This document shows positions 25,159 to 37,782 of a DNA stretch of 64,000 bases, piece by piece. Below the pieces are notes generated by a model. That model was given only the letters and a program-made list of their open reading frames with translations, was not told the DNA's origin and searched no databases. This stretch comes from Somniosus microcephalus (taxonomy: Eukaryota): assembly GCA_052327205.1 (NCBI GenBank), contig CM126215.1:62496001-62560000 (forward strand), given 5' to 3'. The position numbers and the translations under genes are program-made. Numbering within the stretch: the stretch's first letter is position 1; each line of letters begins with the position of its first letter.

Positions 25159-26400
25159 ATAGAAACATAGAAGATAGGAGTAGGCCATTCGGCCCCTCGA
25201 GCCTGCTCCGCCATTCAATGCGATCATGGCTGATCATCCAAATTCAGTACCCAGTCCCTGCTTTCTCCCCATACCCCTTGATCCCTTTAGCCTTAAGAAA
25301 TATATCCAACTCCTTCTTGAATATATTTAATGAATTGGCCTCTACTGCCTTCTGTGGTAGAGAATTCCACAGGTTCACCACTCTCTTGGGTGAAGAAATT
25401 CCTCCTCATTTCTGTCCTAAATGGCCTACCCCTTATCCTTCGACTGTGACCCCTGGTTCTGGACTCCCCGACCATCGGGAACATCCTTCCTGCATCTAGT
25501 CTGTCCAGTCCTGTCAGAATTTTATAAGTTTCAATGAGATCCCCTCTCATTCTTCTAAACTCCAGCGAGTACAAGCCCAATCAACCCAATCTCTCCTCAT
25601 ACGTCATTCCTGCCATCCCAGGTATCAGCCTGGTGAATCTTCGCTGAACTCCTTCCATGGCAAAAACATCCTTCCTCAGGTAAGGCGACCAAAACTGCAC
25701 ACAATACTCAAGATGTGGTCTCACCAAGGCCCTGTACAACTGCAGCAAGACATCCTTGTTCCTGTACTCAAAACCTCTCGCTACGAAGGGCAACATACCA
25801 TTTGCCTTCGTAACCACCTGCTGCACCCGCATGCTTACCTTCAGCGACTGGTGCACAAGGACACCCAGGTCTCGTTGCACTTCCCCTTCTCCCAATCTAT
25901 TGCCATTCAGATAATAATCTGCTTTCCTGTTTTTGCCACCAAAGTGGATAACCTCACATTTATCCACGTTATATTGCATCTGCCATGCTTTTGCCCAATC
26001 ACCCAACCTGTCCAAATCATCCTGAAGTTTCTCAGCATCCTCCTCACAGCACACACGCCCACCCAGCTTTGTGTCATCTGGAAATTTGGAGATATTACAT
26101 CTAGTTCCCTTGTCTAGATCATTAATATATATTGTGAATAGCTGGGGTCCTAGCACCGATCCCTGTGGTACCCCACTAGTCACTGCCTGCCACTCGGAAA
26201 AAGACTCGTTTATTCCAACTCTTTGCTTTCTGTCTGCCAACCAGTTCTCTATCCAAGTCAACACCTTGCCCCCAATCCCATGTGCCTTAACTTTACACGC
26301 TAATCTCTTATGCGGGACCTTATCAAAAGCCTTCTGAAAGTCCAAATACACCACATCCACTGGTTCTCCCTTATTTATTTTATACCAGTTACATCCTCAA
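25159..26400 (-). mobile_element. Young 5'-truncated CR1 (HER1-like) LINE
   Basis: 259-aa open RT segment (YLDFQKAFDKVPH, GVPQGSVLGP, FPDDTKL) plus C-terminus and 3' UTR. It splits an older plus-strand CR1 tail (gatcagccatgatcat at about 25144-25160 resuming attgaatggcggagcagg at about 26408). Confidence 0.92.
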
Positions 26401-26495
26401 AAAAAATATTGAATGGCGGAGCAGGTTCGAAGGGCTGAATGGCCTACTCCTGCTCCAATTTTTCTATGTTTCTATGCAGTACACAATGTGTAAAA

Positions 26496-26870
26496 CAACA
26501 ACAACTTGCATTCATACAGCACCTTTAACATAGCAAAACATCTCAAGGCGCTTCACAGGAGCGTTATCAAACAAAATTTGACACTGAGCCATGTTAGGAC
26601 AGATGACCAAAAGCTTGGTCAAAGAGGTAAGTTTTAAGGAGTGTCTTAAAGGAGAAGAGACAGGTAGAGTGGTTTAGGGAGGGAATTCCTGAACTTGGGG
26701 CCTAGGCAACAGAAGACACAGCCACCAATAGTGGAACAATTAAAATCAGGGATGAGCAAGAGTCCAGAATTGGAGAACTGCGGATATTTCGGAGGGTTGT
26801 AGGACTGTCGGAGGTTACAGAGATAGAGAGATTTGAAAACATGGATGAGCATTTTGAAATCGCGGCATTG
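26496..26870 (-). mobile_element. L2 LINE 3' end
   Basis: Reverse complement of the 15810-16220 L2 end. Confidence 0.8.
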
Positions 26871-26911
26871 CCAGACATACATAGCAGGCATTTTATACTA
26901 AAAGTAGTATA

Positions 26912-27273
26912 CAGGAAACTTTGGTTTATCCGGAGGTTGTATGTCTGGAAACCTCGATCTAACGGCAGAAATCAGCAGCCATTTTGGTTAGTTTTTTTTT
27001 CTTCTAGCATTTTTTTTTAAAAATTTTTTTTATTTTATTTTTTTATAAACAGTCAGGCTCTGGAAAGCGTCTCTGTAGCTTAGCAACAGCTTCAGAGATG
27101 CTTCCAAGGTACGGGCCAAGTGTTTACAAGCTGTTGCTAAACAACAGTGTTTGTTGTCAGATACGGAGATGAAAACCTCCGTATCCTTCAACGTTAGTGC
27201 TGGTCTATCCGGAAGTTTTGATAGATCGGCAGCAGCTCGGTCCCGTCGGTGCCGGATATCGCGAAGTTTCCTG
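26912..27273. mobile_element. Tc1/mariner (pogo/Tigger-like) MITE
   Basis: TA|CAGGAAACTT...AAGTTTCCTG|TA: TIRs with TA TSD. Confidence 0.75.
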
Positions 27274-27799
27274 TACTGGGAATTTCCTCAGGACCTCTCC
27301 TACTAATCCACTGTAACTTTGTTGGAAACTCGCTTTATCTGAGTTAGCAGGGCTTCCACCGAAGTTATAGTTCTGGAGCAGAAGAAACCCCAAGGGAATC
27401 CACCCACCTTGCCATTTGGTTTAGTGTCATTAGGACAGGTAAACAGGACTGGAAAACGTTATGGTCAATGTCATGCTGTTTTTCAGAACAGGAACTGAGA
27501 GGCTGACTGAGTAAAGTGCTGATAGAGTGAGATTTTGGTGAGAGAAGGTAAGAAATGGAGTTTGGTCTGACCAGGAGGGCTTGACTCTGCAAGATTAAGC
27601 AGATTAGTGTGTGCTAGTTAACTCTACTTTTTTGAGAGATTTATGTAGATTTTACAAAACGAGAGGCAATCAAGTTGCAAGAAGCCAATGGAAGGAGAAA
27701 GCAGCTGAGTTTGGTCTGAATTACAGTTTGTCATTGAAGTGTCGTTGACTTCAAACTACTTTCAGTTATTTGAGTTCCCGAGTGCATTTATTTGGCAGG

Positions 27800-29150
27800 A
27801 CAGTGAAAACTTATGTTATGTGGAACGAGCATGATGTGCAAATCATGAGTGTCCATGGACAAATGAAGATTTAGGGAGTGTTGGTCCAGGTGGACTCACT
27901 TAAACTGAAAGTTGCTGAGCTTGAAAATGAATTGGAGACACTGTGCACTAGACGGTAGGAGAAAGAATTCTTAAGCGTGCAGATTCTGGGGTGGTCTCAC
28001 CACAGCTAGCGAGGAAGAATGAAATGGAAGAAGGGCAGTGGGTGGCCAATCTGCTGGGTGGGAAGAGGACTCAGGTAGAGGCAGTGCTGAAAACCCTAAG
28101 GTCCGAAGCTATTTGATTAGTGCATGTGCTGGATATATATGACAAGAGATGAGGAGACCGTGTTTGGGAAGGGAAATCATGAACAACGCCATAGCAGCAT
28201 GGAGCAAGTGGTTACCCAAGGCAGGAGAATTATGTGCAGGAAAGCAGTGATAGCAGGAGAATCAATAGCAAGAGAAGTAAACATTCTCGCTCCAACTGTA
28301 TATAAGTCCCAAATGGGGTGTTGCCTCCCAAGTGCCAGGGTACTGGCTGCAAAAGCTCTTGGCAAGGTAAGGATATCATCCAAAATCCATGGTTCATGTA
28401 AGGTAGAATGGGATTCAGGTCCTGCTAAGAGTGTTCAGGATTTAGGAGGTAGAATAAGAAGCAAGACTGAAAATGTAGCAATCTCAGGATTGGTGCTGGT
28501 GCCATGTGTAGCCAATACAGAACAGCCAGTTTAGGGAGGCAAATTAGGGAGGGCAGAGTTCATATTCCTGGGACATTAGGATCAGTCTTTGTGATTTCAA
28601 ATAAAGCTGTTGGACTATAACCTGGTGTCGTGTGACTTCTTACATTTAGAATAGGAGTGAGCTGTACCAATGGAACAGCCTCCACCTGAACAGAGCTCAG
28701 ACCAATATCCTTGCGGGGAGGGTAACTAGAGAGTTGGAGGGTTGAAACTAATATGGTAGTTAAGGATGGGAGGTGGGTGGTAAGATAAAGCAAAAGAATA
28801 GATTAGACTGCTGAGAAAGGAAAGTAAGCTTTAGGTGAATAGTTAATAAGGAGGTTAAAAGGTTGACAGGTTAAATGGGAGATATCAAAACATGTGAAAG
28901 GGCAAAAAAAAGGAAAAATTGGAAAACTTTACACAGAGGGTGGCTAGAATGTGGAACTCTCTGCCACAAGCCATTGTTGAAGTAGAATCCATAAGTGCTT
29001 TAAAAAGGGATTTAGGTAATTCAGAGAGGAATATTGAAGGACATGGAGAAAAAAAGGTGAATTATACTAGTTGGCTCAATGTGGAGAAAATGACTGGCAC
29101 AGACTTGATGGGGTAAATGACTTTCTGTGCTGTAACTTTCTATGATTACA
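27800..29150 (+). mobile_element. Very degraded CR1 remnants (ORF1 and 3' end)
   Basis: AVIAGES..CCLPSARV (ORF1-like), FTQRVARMWNSLPQ and a CR1 tail. Confidence 0.6.
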
Positions 29151-31054
29151 ATTTTTAAAAATGAATTCTGAAATATGGAGAACAGAAACATGCTGCGAAT
29201 AATTATGGGGCAGGAAGCATAATATCTGCCACGGCATAAAATTATATCTCCGCAGTCAATAGGCAGGGTTCGAAGCGATTTGATCAGAGGAGGCCCTTCC
29301 TGGCTGTTTCAGGAACTAACCTGATCTGTAACACAAGCAAAAGAGAGCAGTGTCCCTTTAACCAAAGTTACCACTTCATGCTCACCTCCAACATCTTCAA
29401 TAAAACTGATTTTGGAAAGAAGGAAAGCCACAGGAAGTATTTTCAAAACCATACATGCCCCATCTGCACTAGTTAAACAAGAAAGTAGTAAATACCGTTG
29501 TTTTATTTATTCATTTTATTTCTCATGGAGACACACCATGTAGGTCTCCAGTCACACACACAGCTACTCCGATAATGTATTATATGGCAGACTGTTATAT
29601 ACATCATCAGAATGTTTCTTGAAGTAGTAAGAGGCCCAAAGTGACCTCTGCAGGAAGAAAATAAAAGTTTTTCATCAGGTAAGAGAACATAAAGCTTTGG
29701 GATAAATAAATAATTTTGGAGTAGTCAAATACATCGAAATAATCTATCTTGTGACATTGGGAAGTCAATGCATTGTGCATTTGTGGCATAGTTTCTTTTA
29801 ATCCATCCTGATCGTTGGGTAATTCTAGTCATCTTAGATTTTACAATCCCTATTAATTACCTATATTATTTGTTGATCTGATAAATTCTGGAAAGATGAA
29901 GATCATGGCAACAAGGGATATCCATTTTGATTATTTTTAGTTTTCTCACCTTTATCTTTCTATTCTATACTGTTCAACCTGCTATGCAGCTTTAATAACA
30001 CATATTTTATTTCTGACTGGGCTAATACTTGTCGCGAATCACACCACTGCATTAACTATAGCCTTGAGCAGTCTATTAAGGAGCAGCTTACAGGATAAGT
30101 AAACTGGTAAAGAAATGTAGCATCTTCCAGCCCTCTTAACCTGCTGTGAACCTGATATTAAAAATTAGTGGTGGAGATGCCACATACAGTGGCTAGAATT
30201 GTTGTACAATTGGTTATACACTTCCAAATTGTTATATTTTGTCTCTTTGATATATCTATATGGTATTACATATGAATCTCAGCAATTTTATCTTAATAAC
30301 TACGCTTGGACCTGAGTATTGTATCAGCGGTGACCCCGGGGCAACCAGTCACTGTAGCCCTAAGTGGATTTTACTGTGGCATAAATTGGAAATGTGAAGA
30401 GATTGGGTTATGGATGGTCTTCAAATCCTGTTGTAGAACAATCATGAAAACGATGCTAAGCTGTTTCTGTCTATTGTAACAAGTGCTTTTGTCCCAATTT
30501 CACCTAAGTGACCTGTACAGTTGTACATATAATGGTTACCATCTTATCAGCTGTTCAGGTAAATGCTAAATTCCAGCACAGAGGACTCTCCCCAGTGTCA
30601 GTTCTTAATGTTTTTAGTGAATTGAGTTCTGTTAGTCTCCAGCAAGTCCTCAGTGTTTGTGGAATATCATTAGAATAATATGTACAGTTCAACAATGCAG
30701 CTGATTAGCATCACTGATGACCAAATATGCCAATCAATGCAAATTGGAAATGTGCTTCATGCTTGACTGTTAATATTATTCACCTAAATAACTACAATGG
30801 GAGAGACATTCAACTGGCATTGGAAACAGGTGCCAAATGGGTGGCGCAATTGGAATGTGCGCCCAATGATATCAGGGAGAGGCACTGTTTGATTAAGATT
30901 AAGTGTCTCGTTTGATTAAGATTGGCGAGCTGCCATTATTACTCATGCTGTTTATTGACAGCTCACCGATTGGGGGAGGCAGAACATTGGGCATCAGTGA
31001 TGCCATTTAATGGCAGCCTGTACCTCTTAAAGAGGTGCACATTGCCTTTATTTT

Positions 31055-31503
31055 TTTTATTTGTTTATGGGATGTGGGCGTCGCTGGCAAGGCCAGCATT
31101 TATTGCCCATCCCTAGTTGCCCTTGAGAAGGTGGTGGTGAGCCGCCTTCTTGAACCGCTGCAGTCCGTGTGGTGAAGGTACTCCCACAGTGCAGTTAGGT
31201 AGGGAGTTCCAGGATTTTGACCCAGTGACGATGAAGGATCAGTGATATACTTCTAAGTCAGAGATGTTGTGTGACTTGGAGGGGAATTTGGAGGTGGTGG
31301 TGTTCCCATGCGCCTGCTGCCCTTGTCCTTCCAGTTGGATGATCTCGTGGGTTTGGGAGGTGCTGCCGAAGAAGCCTTGGCGAGTTGCTGCAGTGCATCT
31401 TGTAGATGGTACACACTGCAGCCACGGTACACCGGTGGTGGAGGGAGTGAATGCTTAAGGTGGTGGATGGGGTGTCAATCAAGCGGGCTGCTTTGTCCTG
31501 GAT
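31055..31503 (-). mobile_element. LINE 3' end, same family as 23165-24595
   Basis: Closely matches 23165-23620. Confidence 0.85.
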
Positions 31504-31539
31504 ACTTAACTGAATCAGTGCTCTACAGTGCAAATGGCT

Positions 31540-32100
31540 CACCTTCAGACTCCCCACAGTCTATCCACCAACTACAAGGTATAAGTCAGGAATGTAATCA
31601 AATATCTCCACTTGCCTGGATGGGTAATACAGCAACAACAATCAAGAAGCTTGACACTATCCAGGATAAAGCAGTCCACTTGATCGGCAGCCCGTCCACC
31701 ACCTTAAATATCCATTCCCTCCGCCACCAGTGCATCGTGGCTGCAGTGTGTACTATCTACAGGATGCACTGCAGCAGCTTGCCAAGGCTTCTTCGGCAGC
31801 GCATCCCAAACCCATGACCTCCACCACCTAGAAAGGACAAGGACTGCAGGTGCATGGGAAAACCATCACTTCCAAGTTCCCCTTCAAGTCACACACCATC
31901 CCAACTTGGACATATATCGCCGTTCCTTCATCGTCACTGGGTGAAAATCCTGGAACTCTCCACTTAACCGTACTTTGGGAGTACCTTCACCACATGGACT
32001 GCAGTGGTTCAAGTCAAAGGCTCACCACCACCTTCTCAAGGGCAACTAAGGACAATAAATGCTGTCCTTGCTAGTGACGCCCATATAGCGAGAATTACTT
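31540..32100 (+). mobile_element. LINE 3' end, same family, opposite orientation
   Basis: KKLDTIQDKAVHLIGSPSTTLNIHSLRH..AAVCTIYRMHC and tail agggcaactaaggacaataaatgctg. Confidence 0.8.
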
Positions 32101-33429
32101 TAAACAAAAGATACAGCAAGTGCAGGAGGAAGGAGGTGCAATTCCTAATGGGCAGCAGAAGGTTGTCAAACCCTGCACCACCTGTAGCCCCACGCACTCA
32201 CAAGTCTTCCATCACTCTCCAATCACAGCAGCACATTTCACTGAACCTCCTTCTTTCTGCTGCTAGTGACACACTCGGCACCTGCTACAGTTCTCACAAT
32301 TACTTCCCTCACTTCCCCACAACTGGTCCATCTTTCACGCAGCATTAACACTACTCTACCCTGACAGGCACATCCACACAACCTGTCAATGGGTCACACA
32401 CTAACACACTCCTTTTCTTCTTGGGGAAGCTGGGAGTTAAAATCTGCTGAACCTCCTGCTCTGTGGTGCAGGCGGTTCGATACTCGCTTCAGCCTTCACC
32501 CTCCACCTCCCCTCCCCGAGTTAAAATGTCCCTTTCATTTTTTTAAATAAAGACATTTTTCATTGGAATAATTTTGACTTAATTTCCTGTATGTATGTAT
32601 GCAAATAAGAACATAAGAAATAGGAGGAGTATCGGCCCCTCGAGCCTACTCCACCGTTCAATAAGATCATGGCTGATAATAATAATTCAACTTTATTGTC
32701 ATTGTACAACAAAATGTGATCTTGCAAGCTCCCATGAGTCCAGTACAAATAACATTAACATTAAACGTAAATAGCACCGTCCTGGGAGAAGCAAAGCCGC
32801 TGCATCTGTGCGCACCGCCATTCCATTTCCACCATTCCTCCTGTCCGACAATCTTCAGCCTAACGGCCGCACCTGCTCACCAGCCGCCCCTCCCGGGGCT
32901 CCTTCCGTGATCTTCTCACCAACCGCCCCTCCTCGGGGCTCCTTCCGTGACCTTCTGCACCTGGTCTTCCCTGATGGTCACTCCTCCAGGTACTAACCAG
33001 GCCTGACTCTGCTTAGCTTCCAAGCCTTGCCAATGACCCTGTCCCTAGTCCCAGGAACAGATCTGATCCTAACCTCAAATCTACTATCACTCTACATCCC
33101 ACCCAAACCCATGTGATCGCCTGGGAGAGGCAAAAAACCAGATAAAAAACCCAATGGCCAATTTGGGAGAAAAAATCTGGGAAATTCCTCTCCGACCCAT
33201 CTAGGCGATCGAAACTTGTCCAGGAGATCACTCTGTCCCTATATTTTCTACAGTACTTACCTTCTGTTAAAGGTGATCTCCACCCAAGCCAGGAACAGGA
33301 ATAGAACCATCTCCTGAAATCTAACACATAATTAGAACACAAGAAGTAGGAGCAAAACCAGGCTACACGGCCCCTGGGCCTGCTCCGCTATCCACAGGGT
33401 CATGACCGTTCCGAACCTAGACTCATGTC

Positions 33430-36258
33430 TAGGGTTGCAAAGGGGTGGAAAGTTTACTGTAAATTTCCAGAAATTTTCCACGGGAAATTTAGCTTGGGAA
33501 TTTTGCCCAAAAAAGCACATGCTAGCATAATATTGTTTTTTTTGTATTTCTTTCCTTTTTTTCCCCACAGGTCCTCTCTTAAAATGACTAACAGAGATGG
33601 AATCTTAATTATTAAGGAATTTCTTAATCAATACATGTTTATCTTCTTACTTGGCTTGTTTTAATAATTACAAGTTTTGTGTGTGACTGTGAACAAATGT
33701 GTCCTGATTGGTTGGATGAGTGGATGAGCGATTAGCTCCCTCTATTTGTAATATTTGCATATCAAATTGTGATTGGCCTGCAGGCATCTGTAAGACTGCT
33801 ATAGTTTTTTTAAGATCCAGGTTAGGGGTCCTGAGGGAAGTCATTTTGTTTTTTGCTGATGTTGTGATGATGCAGTAAGTAAATCAGACTTTATACCAAA
33901 TAAACCAGTTACTTGTTGAACTCTGTTGTCCTTCAATTTAAAAATATACAAAATAATACACTATTGGTGATGTAGCATCGTGTGTGTACAGGTCATGCTT
34001 CCATCACATGGAGCATCAGCAAAAATGTACTCACCCTGTTGCAATTGTGCTGATCGACCGCAGTTCAACACAGAGATGAATGCCCTTTATTTCTCTGCAT
34101 AGAACAATGCCACGTTTACCGTCGGATGTGTGGAAGCATTTTACCCCAGGCATTAAAGATGGAAAGACTGTGTACATGTGCAAACACTGTAGAAAGCCAT
34201 ATGTAAAGAATGCCACAAAGATGCAGCAGCATTTATCCAAATGCAACAACTTCACTCAAAGCTCACAGCAGTCAGCCCAGAGTTCCTCTGCTTCCATTCA
34301 AGAAGATGATGGTTCTCATTCAGCATCAGGCTCCTTATCATCAGCAACTCCTGGCCCACTTGGAAGGTTCTTTGATACAATGGATAACCATAGCCAGAAG
34401 AATGCAGATGAGTGCCTTGCTCGAGCTGTATATGCAACAGGCTCACCCCTCATGCTCACAGCCAATGTGTACTGGAAGAGATTTTTCAATGTTATTCGCC
34501 CTGCATACTGTCCTCCCACCAGACATGCTTTGTCTACTTATTTGCTGGAGGCTGAGTATAACAGAGTCCAAGGAAAGCTCAAAGAAACGATAGCGATGGC
34601 AGACTGTGTTGCAGTTATCTCAGATGGGTGGTCAAATGTACGAGGGGAGGGCATCATAAACTACATCATCTCCACTCCTCTCCCAGTGTTCTTCAAGAGC
34701 ACAGACACGAAGGACAACAGACACATACATTGCTGATGAGCTGAAAGCGGTCATCAACGATCTTGGATCACAAAAGGTCTTTGCAGTAGTTACTGACAAT
34801 GCTGCGAATATGAAGGCTGCTTGGGCTCAAGTGGAGGAGGCCTACCCTCATATTACGTCTATTGGGTGCGCAGCTCATGGGCTTAACCTGCTCCTCAAGG
34901 ACATCATGGGTTTGAGAACCATGGAAGCACTGTACAAGAGAGCCAAGCAAGTTGTTAAGTATGTCAGGGGAAAACAGGTAGTTGCAGCAACCTACAACTC
35001 CAAGCAAATGACAAAGAACAAGAACACCACACTGAAGCTGCCCAACAACACTAGATGGGGTGGTGTTGTCATAATGTACAACAGCCTTCTGGAGGGTAAG
35101 GAGTCGCTGCAAGAAATGGCAATATCCCAGTCTGGGGATATGGAAACCACCATCAAGAAAATACTGTTGGATGATGTGTTTTGGGAGAGAGTGGTTAGCA
35201 GCCTTAAACTACTCTCACCAGTAGCATCTGCAATTGCTCAGATTGAAGGAGATGACGCTGTCTTGTCAGATGTTCTCAGGCTTTTTACTGATTTAAAAGA
35301 ACAAATCAGCATTGCCCTACCCACATCCCTGCTGCTCAAAGCAGAGGAGAAGGCAATTGTTCAATTCATACAGACGCGTCAAGAATTTTGTGTCAAGCCG
35401 ATTCATGCTGCAGCATACATGCTGGACCCAAAGCATGTTGGGAGACCAATACTTTCTGGAGAACAGATCAACAGCGCTTACAGTGTGATTTCTACCCTCT
35501 CACACCATCTCAATCTGGATGTGGGCAAAGTTCTGGGAAGTCTGGCAAAGTTCTCTACCAAGCAAGGTCTTTGGAATGGGGATGGGATATGGGAATCATG
35601 CAAGCATATCAGTGCACATACCTGGTGGAAGGGACTTTGTGCATCTGAGGCCCTGTCACCTATTGCATCGGTGATACTCCAAATCCCACCTTCATCAGCG
35701 GCCTCTGAACGAAACTGGTCACTTTTTGGGAATACGCATACAAAGGTGCGCAACAGGCTGACTAACAAGAGAGTGGAGAAACTGGTGGCTATCCGGGCGA
35801 ACCTACAACTTATTGAGCCAGATACAGAAGTGTCCACCACACAGCTAGACACTGACACAGAGGAGGAAATGGACATGTCAGAGCCAGAGTCAGAGAATCA
35901 GGAGGAGCAATGAGGAGTAGAAGACTCAGAAGACTCATGAGTAGAAGACTCAAAGGGACAAAATAAGGACAAATTACAGGCTAAATAAGCTGACGCTCAT
36001 TTTATTTTAGATGGGTCTTTTTTGTGGGGGTTCAATAAAGTTCAAAATTATATCCTAAATAAAGTTTTGAAAGCCTGTTTTTATTTGTATGGAACAGTAT
36101 GTCTATTTTGACGACAAAGATAATATAAGGGTCAGAGACAAAAACCATCAGTGTGCAAAAAAACTCAATTCCCATAAATTCCCTAAATTCCCATAAATTC
36201 CCAAAAATTCCCATGGAAAGTTTCCTCTTTTAAAAATTCCCAGAATTTTGCAACCCTA
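33430..36258 (+). mobile_element. Full-length hAT DNA transposon
   Basis: Perfect 12-bp TIRs TAGGGTTGCAAA / TTTGCAACCCTA, perfect 8-bp TSD CTCATGTC (33422-33429 and 36259-36266), subterminal AAATTCCC/GGAAATTT repeats. Confidence 0.96.
34107..35913 (+). pseudogene. hAT transposase (BED zinc finger, DUF659-type core, dimerisation domain) with one frameshift near 34725
   Basis: WKHF..CKHC..H..C BED finger, ISDGWSN, VTDNAANM, CAAH, TRW, SAASERNWS..H...RNRL. Two ORFs offset by one frame. Confidence 0.92.
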
Positions 36259-36933
36259 CTCATGTCCAATTTCCTGCCTGCTCCCCGTAACCCCTAATTC
36301 CCTTTACTTCTAAGAAACTGTCTATTCCTGTTTTAAATTTATTTAATGATGTAGCTTCCACAGCTTTCTGGGGCAGCAAATTCCACAGACCTACTACCCC
36401 CTGAGTGAAGAAGTTTCTCCTCATCTCAGTTTTGAAAGAGCAGCCCCTTATTCTAAGATTATGCCCCCTAGTTCTAGTTTCACCCATCATTGGGAACATC
36501 CTCCCCGCATCCACCCGATCAAGCCCCTTCACAATCTTATATGTTTCAATAAGATCGCCTCTCATTCTTCTGAACTCCAATGAGTAGAGTCCCAGTCTAC
36601 TCAACCTCTCCTCATATGTCCACCCCCTCATCCCCGGGATTAACCGAGTGAACCTTCTTTGTACTGACTCGAGAGCAAGTATATCTTTTCTTAAGTATGG
36701 ACACCAAAACTGTATGCAGTATTCCAGGTGCGGTCTCACCAATACCTTGTACAACTGCAACAATACCTCCCTGTTTTTATATTCTATCCCCCTAGCAATA
36801 AAAGCCAACATTCCATTGGCCTTCTTGATCACTTGCTGCACCTGCATACTAACTTTTAAAGTTTCGTGCACCAGGACCGCCAGATCCCTTTGTACTACAG
36901 TACTTTCCAGTTTCTTGCCATTAAGATAATAAC

Positions 36934-37124
36934 TGTAGTGTATGTACCTTTAAGAGGAACTATGTTTTTGAAGCCCCTGTATACTGTAGTACCAGTAGTG
37001 ACCACTCGGATATATAAGCCTGTGTAGCGTCTTGTGTTGTTAGTTCACCTCCAGACTTTGTTCAGTAAACACTTGTTAAATCAACTCCTGCATTCCGTGT
37101 CTCCATTAACACACGGATCTAACA
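36934..37124 (+). repeat. 5' LTR (191 bp)
   Basis: Direct repeat of 40863-41051, contains TATATAAG, followed by the PBS. Confidence 0.95.
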
Positions 37125-37782
37125 GTGGCGACGAGTTAGAAACGAACTTACCTGCAATTCGGCAGCACCTCAAGGAGATCGATTCCTCAGACGAAGGTCG
37201 AAGCCAGAAGCAAGAAAAAAATAATAATAACTCGAAGAAACTTGAAAACGAGGGCCAGGCTTGGCCTCCAGTCTGTGGTTTCCCCAGCTAAACGGGCTGG
37301 TGGCAGGTAGTGCACTGATCCTTCCTGGGCTGCGGCGGGCTAGAGCTCGATCGGGTGGCTCTGCAACGGGGCCGGGCAGCGAGTCGGGAAGCAGAAGCAA
37401 AGAGAGAGAGAGGGTGGAGCACTCAGGGCGCGGCCGGTGCTGCAAAGCAGGTCGGCGTTCGGACCGAGCAGAGGGAGGGGAAAGTCCCAGAGGGTCCGCT
37501 CCATGACGGGAACGGTTCTCCAAGTAACGGAGAAACTATTGAAGCGATATATAAAAAAAAATAGAAATACCGCGAAAAGCTGCAGGTCGCAACGGGAACC
37601 GCGGAGAACAGCGTTGGCAGCAGCGATTGGGGAGGTGCAAAGACCATAGTGCGTCGCCATTAAAAAAAAAAAAAAAAAAAAAATTAATCGCCAGCAGCAG
37701 CGGCGGGAAAGCGCGGGAGGCGCCATCTTAATTCGGCGGGGAAGAAAGAAAAGCGCGGGAAGCGCCATTTTAGATTTTCAAG

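Noticed and set aside
34107-35913. Domesticated ZBED-type host gene
   Set aside because: It has intact TIRs and TSD plus a frameshift, so it is a transposon copy.
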